A stretch of DNA of 55,490 nt from Promethearchaeota archaeon (GCA_048940645.1 JBHLOI010000020.1:1-55490); one strand, 5' to 3'. Shown: positions 29,224 to 38,709, numbered from the stretch's first letter. Numbers and translations: made by a program. The notes: generated by a model not told the origin, from the letters alone.

Positions 29224-29342
29224 AATTGGCGGGAATCAATTTATGAGAATACCTAAGTTTTAAGAGGCCTAAGTTACAAATTTAACCATAGGAATAGTTT
29301 CAGTAAACTAATAAAGTGATTTAATATTTTAAAGATATAATT

Positions 29343-29720
29343 ATGAGCGAAACTGTAGGACGAGAAGAGCCACCATTAAAATTTGATTTATATACAATAA
29401 TCTTCTTTGCAATTGGCTTTATAGCTTCATGGTTTAATATGATATTAATCTTAGAAGCACCCAGATATATTGAGGTTATAGCATATTTATCAATTATTTT
29501 TACTACAATTATTCCAGGTGTTATTATTGCTTTAAAAAAGAGATACTGGGGCTATGGGTATTTATTTGGATTTTCTATTGCTGGGATTCCTTTTATGATT
29601 ATAGTTGATTTATTCATTGGGGGTTATACATGTATTACTACTCTGTTTATCTTTATAATATTATGGCTAATATTTTGGAAAACATGGCGTTCTCTTAGCT
29701 CTATAAAGGTGGATGCATAA
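29343..29720 (+). CDS. Hypothetical 4-TM membrane protein
   Basis: Four hydrophobic segments in 125 aa. Confidence 0.7.
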   Translation: MSETVGREEPPLKFDLYTIIFFAIGFIASWFNMILILEAPRYIEVIAYLSIIFTTIIPGVIIALKKRYWGYGYLFGFSIAGIPFMIIVDLFIGGYTCITTLFIFIILWLIFWKTWRSLSSIKVDA

Positions 29721-29772
29721 ATTGAAGATAAAGTTTTTGGTCTTTACATTTAAAAAAATAGAAGAAGAAACA

Positions 29773-30249
29773 TTATTTAGAATGTAAGGGGATATCTTCT
29801 AATGTAATATTATTAACTTTTTTTATCGATAAAAACTTTTCTTTTATCAATTCTGTATTTAAATTATTGGATTCAAGAGTGTCTCCAATTAGATATGTTT
29901 CATAAAAGCATTTTTCTAATTCATAACAAATGCCAGTTGTGTGTAGTATATCTTTACTTAAATTTAGTTCACTTAATACTTCTGAAATACCTTTAACTAT
30001 TTCTGGTGAAAATTCTTCTAATTTTATTAGTATTTTCTTAATTAGTTTAGTATTTGTAGGAAAACAACTTACTTTTATAACATCTTCTCGGGATATAAAA
30101 ATTAATAAATAATAAGGCGAATCAATAATTTCTTCTTTCACTTCGTCAGGAAAAATTGTAAATTTCAAATCTTCTTTTGTTATAATTAAACCCAAAGAAA
30201 TTTTGTTTTTTTCTTTTCCCTCAGTGTTTTTAGCAACCATATCCATCAA
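29773..30249 (-). CDS. Hypothetical protein with ACT-like C-terminal domain
   Basis: 'ILIKLEEFSPEIVKGISEVLSELNL..DILHTTGIC....CFYETYL...IKEKFLSIKKVNNI' fits a beta-alpha-beta-beta-alpha-beta pattern. Confidence 0.5.
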   Translation of the reverse strand: MMDMVAKNTEGKEKNKISLGLIITKEDLKFTIFPDEVKEEIIDSPYYLLIFISREDVIKVSCFPTNTKLIKKILIKLEEFSPEIVKGISEVLSELNLSKDILHTTGICYELEKCFYETYLIGDTLESNNLNTELIKEKFLSIKKVNNITLEDIPLHSK

Positions 30250-30490
30250 AAAATCCTAAGTAATTAAAAATATATGTCTATTAATAAAATTTGTTTGTTT
30301 TTAATATTTATTTTTTTTTTTATTTAATTATATAATTTAAAATTCGTAATTTGGTATGTAATTAAAAAGCCCTTAAGTAAAAATAAAAAGATATAATCTG
30401 GATATTACAAAGATAACATACATATTTTAAAAAACAAGTTTAAGTTTGTTAATTATGTGATTTTGATTATTATAAAGAAAATTTTGAATT

Positions 30491-30985
30491 ATGTCTTATA
30501 AATTTAATGATATCGGCCAAAATATGGGTTTTGGTTTTGATATTGAAAGAATCAGCCGAAATGAGTGTTATTTCCATGCAATATATTTTTTAGATAATCT
30601 AACAGGTTCTCTCCTAGTTAGTAAAAAATACTCTGAATATTTGAATTCTCCTTCAAATGGAGATTTAATCAGTGGATTTTTAACTGCTTTAAATTTATTT
30701 ATAAAAGAAATAAAACCTGGTGATACGGATGAAGAGATTCAGGAAATTAATTTTAAAGAAACACGAATTTTATATGAAAGAAGAGGAAGACTTACTGTAA
30801 TTGCGATAACTAAAAAATCAACTATTCAATTTGAAAGACATATCTTAAATCTTATTGTAGATGATTTTTATAATCGATTTGGTAGATCAATAAATCAGTT
30901 TAATGGTATTATTGAACCTACAATTTTAGATTATAAAAAGAAGTTAAAAGTGCTTAGTTTATATAATTCTGATTTTGAAAAATAA
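30491..30985 (+). CDS. Longin-like domain protein
   Basis: 'IYFLDNLTGSLLVSKKY...DLISGFLTALNLFIKEI...IQEINFKETRILYE...IVDDFYNRF'. Confidence 0.7.
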   Translation: MSYKFNDIGQNMGFGFDIERISRNECYFHAIYFLDNLTGSLLVSKKYSEYLNSPSNGDLISGFLTALNLFIKEIKPGDTDEEIQEINFKETRILYERRGRLTVIAITKKSTIQFERHILNLIVDDFYNRFGRSINQFNGIIEPTILDYKKKLKVLSLYNSDFEK

Positions 30986-31005
30986 AGCTTTTAGAAAAAG
31001 GAGGG

Positions 31006-32373
31006 TTATTCTTCTTTCTTTTTCTCCTCTATTTTTTTAATTTCCCCTTCGATCTTTTCACTTATTCCTTTTATATCAGGTTTAATTTCCATTCGCTTTA
31101 AATCATCTTCTCGTTGTTTGTCTCTTCTAAAAGCTTTTTCACTAATTGTCTTTTCAATTGCTTCTCCTGCTTTTTCTAAATCTGGCTTTAATTCCATTCT
31201 TTTTTGATCTATCGCTCGTTGTTTATCCATTCTAAAAGCTTTCTCCCCTATTGTTTTTTCAATCGCTTGACCAGCTTTTTCCAAATCTAGTTTAATTTTT
31301 TTACGCTCTTCTTCTGCTTCACGTTGCTTTTCTAATCTAAATGCTTTTTCAGCTACGGTTTTACTTATTGCTTCTCCTGTTTTTCTAAAGTCTGGTTTCA
31401 GTTCCATTCTTTTCATATCTTCTTCTCTTTGTTTATCAATTCTAAAAGCTTTCTCCCCTATCGTTTTTTCAATGGCTTGACCGGCTCTATCTAAATCTGG
31501 TTTAATTTTTTTGAGTTCTTCTGCAGCCTCACGTTGTTTTTCCAGTCTAAATGCTTTTTCACCAACTGATTGGCTTATTACTTCACTTGCTTTTTCTAAA
31601 TCTGGTTTCAGTTCCATCCTTTTTTTATCTATCTCTCTTTGTTTATCTATTCTAAATGCTTTTTCTGCTACGGTTTTACTTATTGCCTCTCCTGTTTTTC
31701 TAAAATCTGGTTTTAATTCCATTCTTTTGACAGCCTCCTCACGTTGTTTTTCTAGCATAAAAGCTTTTTCACCAATTGATTTTTCAATTGCTTGTCCAGC
31801 TTTCTCTATATCAGGCTTTATTTTAAATCGTTGAGAATCGCTTTCCTTCTTTTTCTCAATTAAAAAAGCTTTTTCATCAATGGATTTACTAATTGCTTCG
31901 CTTTTTTTTTCTAAATCTGGTTTAATTTTAAGCCTTTGAGCATCGCTTTCTCTCTTTTTTTCTATCATGAATACTTTTTGGTCAACCGATTTACTTATAA
32001 CCTCTCCAGTGCCTCTTATATCAGGTTTTAGTTCTACTCTTTGTAAATCTTCCTCACGATGCTTCTCTCGTAAAAACGCTTTTTCACCAATTGTTTTTTC
32101 AATAGCACTTCCTTTTTGTTCTATATCTGGTTTTATATTCATTCTTTCTAAATCTTTTTCTCGTTGTTTCTCTCGCATGAAACTTTTTTCTGAAATCAAA
32201 TTGGAAATTAGATTTTTATTTTCTTCAAATGCCTTTTTTCTTTGTTCTTCAGTTAGTTTAAGATATTGTTCTCTTTCTTCTTTTTTTTTTTTATAAAGTT
32301 CATTAACAATTTTTTTTTGTTTTTCGATTTCCTCTGGAGTTAAGTCATTTTCATTTTCTTCCAATTTCCTCAC
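31006..32373 (-). CDS. Charged tandem-repeat protein with 11 x 35-aa repeats (nebulin-like pattern); GTG start
   Basis: 55-aa head + 11 exact 35-aa units + 15-aa tail; consensus I[SE]K[ST][IV]xEKAFxx[ED]KQRExDxxRMELKPDLEKAGEA. Confidence 0.85.
   Translation of the reverse strand: MRKLEENENDLTPEEIEKQKKIVNELYKKKKEEREQYLKLTEEQRKKAFEENKNLISNLISEKSFMREKQREKDLERMNIKPDIEQKGSAIEKTIGEKAFLREKHREEDLQRVELKPDIRGTGEVISKSVDQKVFMIEKKRESDAQRLKIKPDLEKKSEAISKSIDEKAFLIEKKKESDSQRFKIKPDIEKAGQAIEKSIGEKAFMLEKQREEAVKRMELKPDFRKTGEAISKTVAEKAFRIDKQREIDKKRMELKPDLEKASEVISQSVGEKAFRLEKQREAAEELKKIKPDLDRAGQAIEKTIGEKAFRIDKQREEDMKRMELKPDFRKTGEAISKTVAEKAFRLEKQREAEEERKKIKLDLEKAGQAIEKTIGEKAFRMDKQRAIDQKRMELKPDLEKAGEAIEKTISEKAFRRDKQREDDLKRMEIKPDIKGISEKIEGEIKKIEEKKKEE
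31054..32208 (-). repeat. 105-bp coding tandem repeat, 11 copies
   Basis: EKAF-type and KPD-type motifs recur every 35 codons without indels. Confidence 0.95.
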
Positions 32374-32532
32374 TTCAAAAAAAATAAAATACGTGTTTTT
32401 AAATATAATATCAAAATTTGTATTTATTAATTTACTTATCCAAGAATTAATAGTTTTAAATTTAAAGTAAGAAAATCAATGATGATAATGTAAGGGTTTG
32501 CGAATTCTGAGAATTTTATAATTAACATATTT

Positions 32533-33279
32533 CTATTTTATTGGTATCGGCTCAAATGACTCTTCAGAAACCGAATCCATTAAACTAATCATGGTCAGCT
32601 TCATCGTGAGCATTTCCATGACTTCTGTCAATAATTTTTGATAATAATTTGACTTTCTATCAACATTATATTTAGAAATTATTTCGTCATATTTTCTTTT
32701 CAGTAATAATTTTAAATTTTCATGTAAATCTAACTCTAATTTTTGTGTTTTTAACCAATTATCAATCTGATCTTTTATTTGAATTCCTAATTCATCATCT
32801 TTAGCATAGCTAATTTCTACTTCTTCAATATATTTAAGATTATCAAGATATTCCTGATCTTGATACATTGGCTTTAAAAGAAGACCTAAATTGATTATTA
32901 ATGGTTGAATTTGCAGTTTATCTAAAGAATCTGATAAAAGTTTTAAAATTTGCCTTTTCTGGGTTAATTTTGCATAGTTTATGTAATCTTGAATAAAGTT
33001 TAATATTGCATTTTTAATTAATAATTCTTGAAAATCATTTATTGATTCGATTTCTAAATCAAGGGTTTTTTCAATACAATTATATACAGCGTTCATAAAT
33101 GGTTTTATGCCCTTAAACATTGAGAAGTAATAAATAAATTGAACAATCTTCCCTAAAATTTCTTCTTTTATGTTTTCTGACTCAAAAGAAAAGTCAATTC
33201 TCTGTTTAAGATTAAACGAGTTATCAGGAATTGATAAAAAGTTCTTTATATCTGAATATTTAGATTCAAATACCATCAA
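32533..33279 (-). CDS. Hypothetical alpha-helical protein
   Basis: 248-aa ORF with no recognised motif. Confidence 0.7.
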   Translation of the reverse strand: MMVFESKYSDIKNFLSIPDNSFNLKQRIDFSFESENIKEEILGKIVQFIYYFSMFKGIKPFMNAVYNCIEKTLDLEIESINDFQELLIKNAILNFIQDYINYAKLTQKRQILKLLSDSLDKLQIQPLIINLGLLLKPMYQDQEYLDNLKYIEEVEISYAKDDELGIQIKDQIDNWLKTQKLELDLHENLKLLLKRKYDEIISKYNVDRKSNYYQKLLTEVMEMLTMKLTMISLMDSVSEESFEPIPIK

Positions 33280-33401
33280 TTATTTTATTCAACCATAGTA
33301 TTAAAAAATTTATTTTAATTGATGAGAAAGACACAAATAAGAGTACAAATATTTGAGTCGTTAATGTTTCTTGACTTAATTTAATGAATTTTGAAACTTC
33401 A

Positions 33402-34730
33402 TCATAAAGGAGTCAAGGCAGTACTACCTGCTTTTTGAGCTTCATCAACAATAGACATAATTTCTTCAGTTGAAATCGGGACCAAGTCAAATACAGTCAT
33501 ACCAGCTAATTTGAGTTCTGCTTTAACAGTTTCTGCTAAGTTATTACAATCTCCTGAAAAAAATACTTTTCTTTTACCAAAAGCTTCTCTTAATTTGTTG
33601 CCAACTTCATTAATCGCACAATAACCCGCCACAAGTCCTTTAACATATCCTTCAGCTTTCAATTTGTCCACAAGATTCTCGTCATGTCCTTTACCCATTA
33701 TTAAAAACCAACCTCCTTTGAATTTTTCAGGATAATCGTATGCAAATGCTTGTAAAGTAGTGAGAGGATTGTTTTGACAACCTTCTATGCATAAAAGATC
33801 TTTTCCTTTGACAATTTTAACGTTATCAGGAAATTTTTGCAATAAATCCCATTCATATTTCTCTTCATAATCATCTAAATCTTTTCCAATTACCTTAATA
33901 TTGCTTATGTCACCCTCACCTAATCCTCGCTCGTAAGCTATTTTTAGATGAGGAACCTCATTAAGAGTTAAACCAAAAATTCTTGCTCCTACAACATCAA
34001 CTGATAAAGTATCTCTCCCCGCGATCAAGATCTTAAATGGAATCACTAATTTATCCTCCCATGCTGTAGGTGGGTAATGTCCGTGAATAGTTCCTTCGGT
34101 TCCATCTACAAGAGTAAAGTCAGGTTGAATTAATTCATATATGTCTACTAACTTCGAGTGTAAATTATAATTATGATCTTTACCTCGGTCTGCATGCTGG
34201 GGAAATCCCCATTGATTCTTTATCCCCAATGTAATTCTAGCTTGACAATGCATTTTTAATTTTGGTAAATTTATATAAGTTAAAGAATCTCTGTCCTTCA
34301 TTATTTTGACAATTGTAAAAGGTAATCTAAAGGTTTTCAAATTATAGCCTGTAGAATCTTTTTCCACTGGAGGTTTTCCTTTAAACTCAAATATCTTTGT
34401 TTCCTCCTCATCTAAATATATTATCTCTGCACCTGTTTCTTCACAAACTTTCTTATATCCATTAATTGCAAAAACGACCCGAGTCAAGTTTGCCTGAGTT
34501 GAATTTTCCATAACGTAAATCTTCGCATCTTTTTCTTTAAGGTATTGTATAACTGCTTCAAGTACTTCTGGAGATGTATACGAATGTTTTTTAAAATCGA
34601 TACCGTTAACTTTTATGTAGACCTCTTTTGAACTTTTAATTATAGGGCCAGTAAGCTCAATTTTATCTAGAAGTTTATTAACTGCTGATTTTAATCCTTG
34701 AGTTGTATCTTCAATAAATACTTCTGTCAT
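33402..34730 (-). CDS. DUF362 domain protein
   Basis: 'YIKVN', 'TSPEVLEAVI', 'INLPKLKMH...TLGIKNQWG', 'DG.EG.IHG', 'SVDVVGARIFG....VPHL'. Confidence 0.85.
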   Translation of the reverse strand: MTEVFIEDTTQGLKSAVNKLLDKIELTGPIIKSSKEVYIKVNGIDFKKHSYTSPEVLEAVIQYLKEKDAKIYVMENSTQANLTRVVFAINGYKKVCEETGAEIIYLDEEETKIFEFKGKPPVEKDSTGYNLKTFRLPFTIVKIMKDRDSLTYINLPKLKMHCQARITLGIKNQWGFPQHADRGKDHNYNLHSKLVDIYELIQPDFTLVDGTEGTIHGHYPPTAWEDKLVIPFKILIAGRDTLSVDVVGARIFGLTLNEVPHLKIAYERGLGEGDISNIKVIGKDLDDYEEKYEWDLLQKFPDNVKIVKGKDLLCIEGCQNNPLTTLQAFAYDYPEKFKGGWFLIMGKGHDENLVDKLKAEGYVKGLVAGYCAINEVGNKLREAFGKRKVFFSGDCNNLAETVKAELKLAGMTVFDLVPISTEEIMSIVDEAQKAGSTALTPL

Positions 34731-34800
34731 AAGTTTTCACATTTAATTATAATTGTATCTTTAAGATATGATTTTATAATAATTTCTAATATCTGACAAT

Positions 34801-34877
34801 ATGTGACCAAAATGATCACATTTAAATTGGATGATTTATTTTATTTTTTTATATGATCAATTCGATCATATGATCAC
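34801..34877. promoter_or_regulatory. Pair of 21-bp palindromic operators between the divergent DUF362 and PadR genes
   Basis: ATGTGACCAAAATGATCACAT (34801-34821) and ATATGATCAATTCGATCATAT (34851-34871), 50 bp apart, plus an extra half-site. Confidence 0.6.
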
Positions 34878-34913
34878 CTTATTAATTAAAATTAACATTA
34901 AACGTGTAATATC

Positions 34914-35660
34914 TTGTTTAAATGGTTTGAAAATTTGAATAATTTTTATCCGAATAGAAATAAAGTATCACCACCCTACCAAGGAAATCCGGGTCCAAAT
35001 GAAACACCACCAAATGAACCCCGATCACCTTTTGGGCTACCACCATTTTTTGGATCTCCATCTCATTTCAAACCCCCATTTCCTATGACTCTTGAGGGTT
35101 TTAAGGAAATGAAATACATAATGATACTCATGATACTTTCTGATAACCCAAAAGGTATTACTGGATATCAACTTCAAGAGCGATTTAATATGCCAAGAGG
35201 AAATTTATTGCGAACAATGGATGATTTAGTTGAGTTAAATTACGTTAAAACTTCCGAATCGGTAATTAAAGGTAGAGCTCAAAAATTTTTCATTATTACA
35301 GAAGAAGGGAAGAAATTTCTTGATAATTTAAAAAAAAAGTGGATTGAAAGAGTTTCACAAATGCCAGGATTTGCCGCACCAGTTATACAAGGGAATTTTT
35401 TTATTAAAAAAGGGTTAGAATTGATCCTATCACATCAATTAGATCTTCTAGAATCAAAAGAAGATGGACTAGATCTTTTTCGAGGATTGAGATCTAAACT
35501 AAATATGTTCATAACCAAGATGACGGAGGTTTTAAAATACTTAAAAATCACTAAATCTGAATTAGATTCAATAATACAAAAAATTGAAGAAAGTGATGCA
35601 CTAAATATTGAAGAAATTAAAGAGATGGTGAAAGAATTTAAAAATAAATTAGAGGAATAA
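34914..35660 (+). CDS. PadR-family winged-helix regulator with Pro-rich N-terminus and coiled-coil C-terminus (start uncertain)
   Basis: 'ILMILSDNPKGITGYQLQE...RGNLLRTMDDL...GRAQKFFIITEEGKKFL'. Confidence 0.8.
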   Translation: MFKWFENLNNFYPNRNKVSPPYQGNPGPNETPPNEPRSPFGLPPFFGSPSHFKPPFPMTLEGFKEMKYIMILMILSDNPKGITGYQLQERFNMPRGNLLRTMDDLVELNYVKTSESVIKGRAQKFFIITEEGKKFLDNLKKKWIERVSQMPGFAAPVIQGNFFIKKGLELILSHQLDLLESKEDGLDLFRGLRSKLNMFITKMTEVLKYLKITKSELDSIIQKIEESDALNIEEIKEMVKEFKNKLEE

Positions 35661-35750
35661 GGAATTTATTTCAAAAAGTTAAATCAAGTCTGATATCAGA
35701 TTTGAGACTATTGATAATGAAATAATAATTTAACTAAAAAAATTGGTATC

Positions 35751-36803
35751 ATGTCGGAAATAGTTATAAAACTTGAAAATTTGACAAAGAGATTCGGAAA
35801 TTTTACGGCTGTAGACAACATTGATCTTGAGGTATGCCGAGGAGAAACTATTGGGCTAGTTGGTCCAAATGGAGCTGGAAAAACAACAACAATTAAAATG
35901 ATTGCTAAAATCTTAAGACCAAATTCGGGAAGAATCTTAATTAGAACAAATCATAGTGAGTTACAAGACTTACAGCACGTGTCTAGTACAATTAGCCAAA
36001 TGGGTTTTTTAATAGATATTCCTAATTTCTATAATATGACTGCTTTTCAGTTACTCAAATATTTTGCAAAAATTCAAAAATATCCAAAAGATAAAACAGA
36101 AGCGAGAATTAACGAGTTATTAGTCCGGTTTAAACTTCGGGAATGGAAGCATGAAAAAGTCAGAAATTTTTCTAAAGGTATGACCCAGAAGTTAGGAATT
36201 ATTCAGGCTATTATCCATGATCCAGATATAATAATCCTAGATGAACCTCAAACTGGATTAGATCCCTTAGCGCGAATTGAAATCCGAAAATACATCCGAG
36301 ACCTTCAGTCGCAAGGGAAAACTATATTCGTAGCATCTCACATGTTATATGAAATTTCTGAAGTATGTGACAAAATTGCGTTAATCAATTATGGAAAAAT
36401 TGTAGGATTTGATACAGTAGAAAATTTAGCAAAGAGCTTAAGAACTAATGTAATAAACTGTATATTACTTAAACCACCTAATACTAGTGATTTAGGTCTA
36501 TTACTAAATCGTTTATCCCAAAAACTTAGTCCATATTTAGACCAGAACTTAGACCCAAAGATATCAAATATTCCAGTAAGATATAAACCAGAAAAGCTAG
36601 AATTAAAACTTTATTATGATGGTAAAAGTGAATCAAGGGGAGAAATACTTAAAACTTTAATAAAGGATTTCGAATCAGATTTTACAGTAGTAGCATTTAC
36701 TCAACCAAAAACGTCGCAACTTGAAATGGTTTATTCAGAAATGGTAAAAGATAATGAACCTGAAGGTAAAAGAAAACTAAATGGAGATGTATTAAAGAAA
36801 TGA
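35751..36803 (+). CDS. ABC-2 type exporter ATP-binding subunit
   Basis: GPNGAGKTT, FSKGM, ILDEP, SH switch. Confidence 0.93.
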   Translation: MSEIVIKLENLTKRFGNFTAVDNIDLEVCRGETIGLVGPNGAGKTTTIKMIAKILRPNSGRILIRTNHSELQDLQHVSSTISQMGFLIDIPNFYNMTAFQLLKYFAKIQKYPKDKTEARINELLVRFKLREWKHEKVRNFSKGMTQKLGIIQAIIHDPDIIILDEPQTGLDPLARIEIRKYIRDLQSQGKTIFVASHMLYEISEVCDKIALINYGKIVGFDTVENLAKSLRTNVINCILLKPPNTSDLGLLLNRLSQKLSPYLDQNLDPKISNIPVRYKPEKLELKLYYDGKSESRGEILKTLIKDFESDFTVVAFTQPKTSQLEMVYSEMVKDNEPEGKRKLNGDVLKK

Positions 36804-37642
36804 GAACTAATAATGAATATAGTATTGGATTAAAACCAATTTTTGACACAGTAATATTTGAAATAAAGAAACAAAGGAAGAAATTTTATTTCTTTTTAGG
36901 GGTTGCAATCTTAGTCGCATTTTTGGTGGGTTATCTGCTGTATTTATTTCCTGGTTATCTTCTACCGGATACACAAGCAGAGTATTTTAGTAGTGGTTTA
37001 ACGTTTATTGAATATCTAACGTTATTTGCAGCTTGTTTATTTTTTTCAGGGATAATTTGCTCTGAATTTGATAAAAAAACGGGGGCTATTGTGTTTCCAA
37101 AAATAAACAAATATAAATTGATACTCGGGAAATATCTTGGAAATTTGATTCTGGTCGTTTGTATTCTAGCGATTTATTACTTTCTATTAGGGCTTCTAGG
37201 ATTTTTCTACTATAGTGGACCAATTAACATTAGAATTTTTTATTCTTTTGGTTTTGCAATATTATATGCGATTACTTTAAGTAGTTTTGTGACACTATTT
37301 AGCTCATTTATGAAAAGTGTAAACATAACAATTATTAGTACTTTATTAATTCTTCTTATCGGATTTAATATTGCCGATCAAATTATTAACATAATTTTTG
37401 CTGATAGCTTTGAACCTTTATACTCTATCTTATATTTAGGTGGCCTTATAGCTTCAGTGCTTCAAAATCCCTTCCCAGATCCTAGATATGCGGAAATTGA
37501 TTTACCTGGCGGTATGGGTGGTGGTTTTAGCTTTGGTCAGTGGATAACACCTACCATTGAAATGGGGATTATTTTACTTTTAGTGTATATTTTTGTTTTT
37601 TTTATATTAGCGGCTATATTATTCAAGCGGAGGCAATTATAG
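36800..37642 (+). CDS. ABC-2 type permease
   Basis: About six TM segments, 'EFDKKTG', 4-nt overlap with the ATPase gene. Confidence 0.88.
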   Translation: MRTNNEYSIGLKPIFDTVIFEIKKQRKKFYFFLGVAILVAFLVGYLLYLFPGYLLPDTQAEYFSSGLTFIEYLTLFAACLFFSGIICSEFDKKTGAIVFPKINKYKLILGKYLGNLILVVCILAIYYFLLGLLGFFYYSGPINIRIFYSFGFAILYAITLSSFVTLFSSFMKSVNITIISTLLILLIGFNIADQIINIIFADSFEPLYSILYLGGLIASVLQNPFPDPRYAEIDLPGGMGGGFSFGQWITPTIEMGIILLLVYIFVFFILAAILFKRRQL

Positions 37643-37657
37643 ATTTGTTTTGAAATT

Positions 37658-38629
37658 ATGGAGGAGAAAAAAATGTTAGAAAATAGAAAAAATTGGAAAA
37701 GTATGATGATAACTTTATTGTTATTTTCATTATTAGGAATTTCTTTCTTAACTATAATATCCTTTGGGTTAGCACAAGTTAATAATTATGAACTAAACTT
37801 AACGAAAGGAACTACTATTTTTACTGTAGAGACTTATGATGAAGAGGCTTGGCTAACCACTGTAAGTAATACCCAAAATCCTAGTGAATGGTTTAGTGGA
37901 GATGCAAATATTACTGGTGCTCAAAGTAAATCTACTATAAAAGGATGGTCTTATTCAGAATGGGGTACTTATGATGTGGTATTTTCGATAAATCCAGCCA
38001 TAATTTTACTCAACAATACCGGATACAATGAGGCTAGTATTAATGAAACTTATCCAAATACCTATTGGATATGGAATTGTTTACAAGTAAAATGGGAGTA
38101 TACAGTCGAGGAATTTGATGAAAAACCTGATTTATTTTTTGACCAAATTATAATTTTAGAGAATCCAGAGGATTATAAAGAAATTTTAGATGATTATAAC
38201 AAACTTGCAACGCAAATTCAAAACGATATTAATATAACAAACCCTATTATTAAAGCTATGTTTTTAAATATGACGGGAGATGACCTTTTATGGCATTTAG
38301 TGCTTAGTAGATTCGCAGCAGCTGGACCTGTTGAAAATTATTTGCTAGCAGTTACTGATGCGCTTGAGACTGAAAATGTTACTGCTAGTGGTTGTAGTCT
38401 GGTTTTCAACCAAACTGGATTAAATGATTATACAGTTGAATTTATATTTGGAGATCGCGGAACAATTACTAGCATAATAGTTAAAGATCAAACAGATAGT
38501 ACAATATATTACATAACAAGCACAAATTCAGAATGGATATTCTATATGACATTAGCCATTGCTGTGGCGGCGAGTATTGGAATAATCCTAGCTTTATCTC
38601 TAAGAAGCAGGAAAATAAAGAGATCATAA
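37658..38629 (+). CDS. Exported protein with C-terminal membrane anchor
   Basis: Signal peptide, several N-x-S/T sequons, C-terminal TM segment with basic tail. Confidence 0.7.
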   Translation: MEEKKMLENRKNWKSMMITLLLFSLLGISFLTIISFGLAQVNNYELNLTKGTTIFTVETYDEEAWLTTVSNTQNPSEWFSGDANITGAQSKSTIKGWSYSEWGTYDVVFSINPAIILLNNTGYNEASINETYPNTYWIWNCLQVKWEYTVEEFDEKPDLFFDQIIILENPEDYKEILDDYNKLATQIQNDINITNPIIKAMFLNMTGDDLLWHLVLSRFAAAGPVENYLLAVTDALETENVTASGCSLVFNQTGLNDYTVEFIFGDRGTITSIIVKDQTDSTIYYITSTNSEWIFYMTLAIAVAASIGIILALSLRSRKIKRS

Positions 38630-38709
38630 TTATATCAAAATTTTTTTAATATTTTTATTTTATAATGAATAAATTAATTTTTTAATTAATATTTAAGAAG
38701 AGTAATAAA

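Noticed and set aside
29160-29233. 32-bp palindromic repeats as a CRISPR array
   Set aside because: The units abut with no spacers, there are only two full copies, and no cas genes are present.
31054-32208. 35-aa repeats as PPR (or TPR) solenoid repeats
   Set aside because: The period fits PPR, but the units lack the hydrophobic helix-turn-helix pattern and are dominated by charged residues.
31511-32296. Plus-strand ORFs 31511-31834 and 31967-32296
   Set aside because: Ser/Phe/Leu-rich antisense shadows of the K/E-rich repeat gene.
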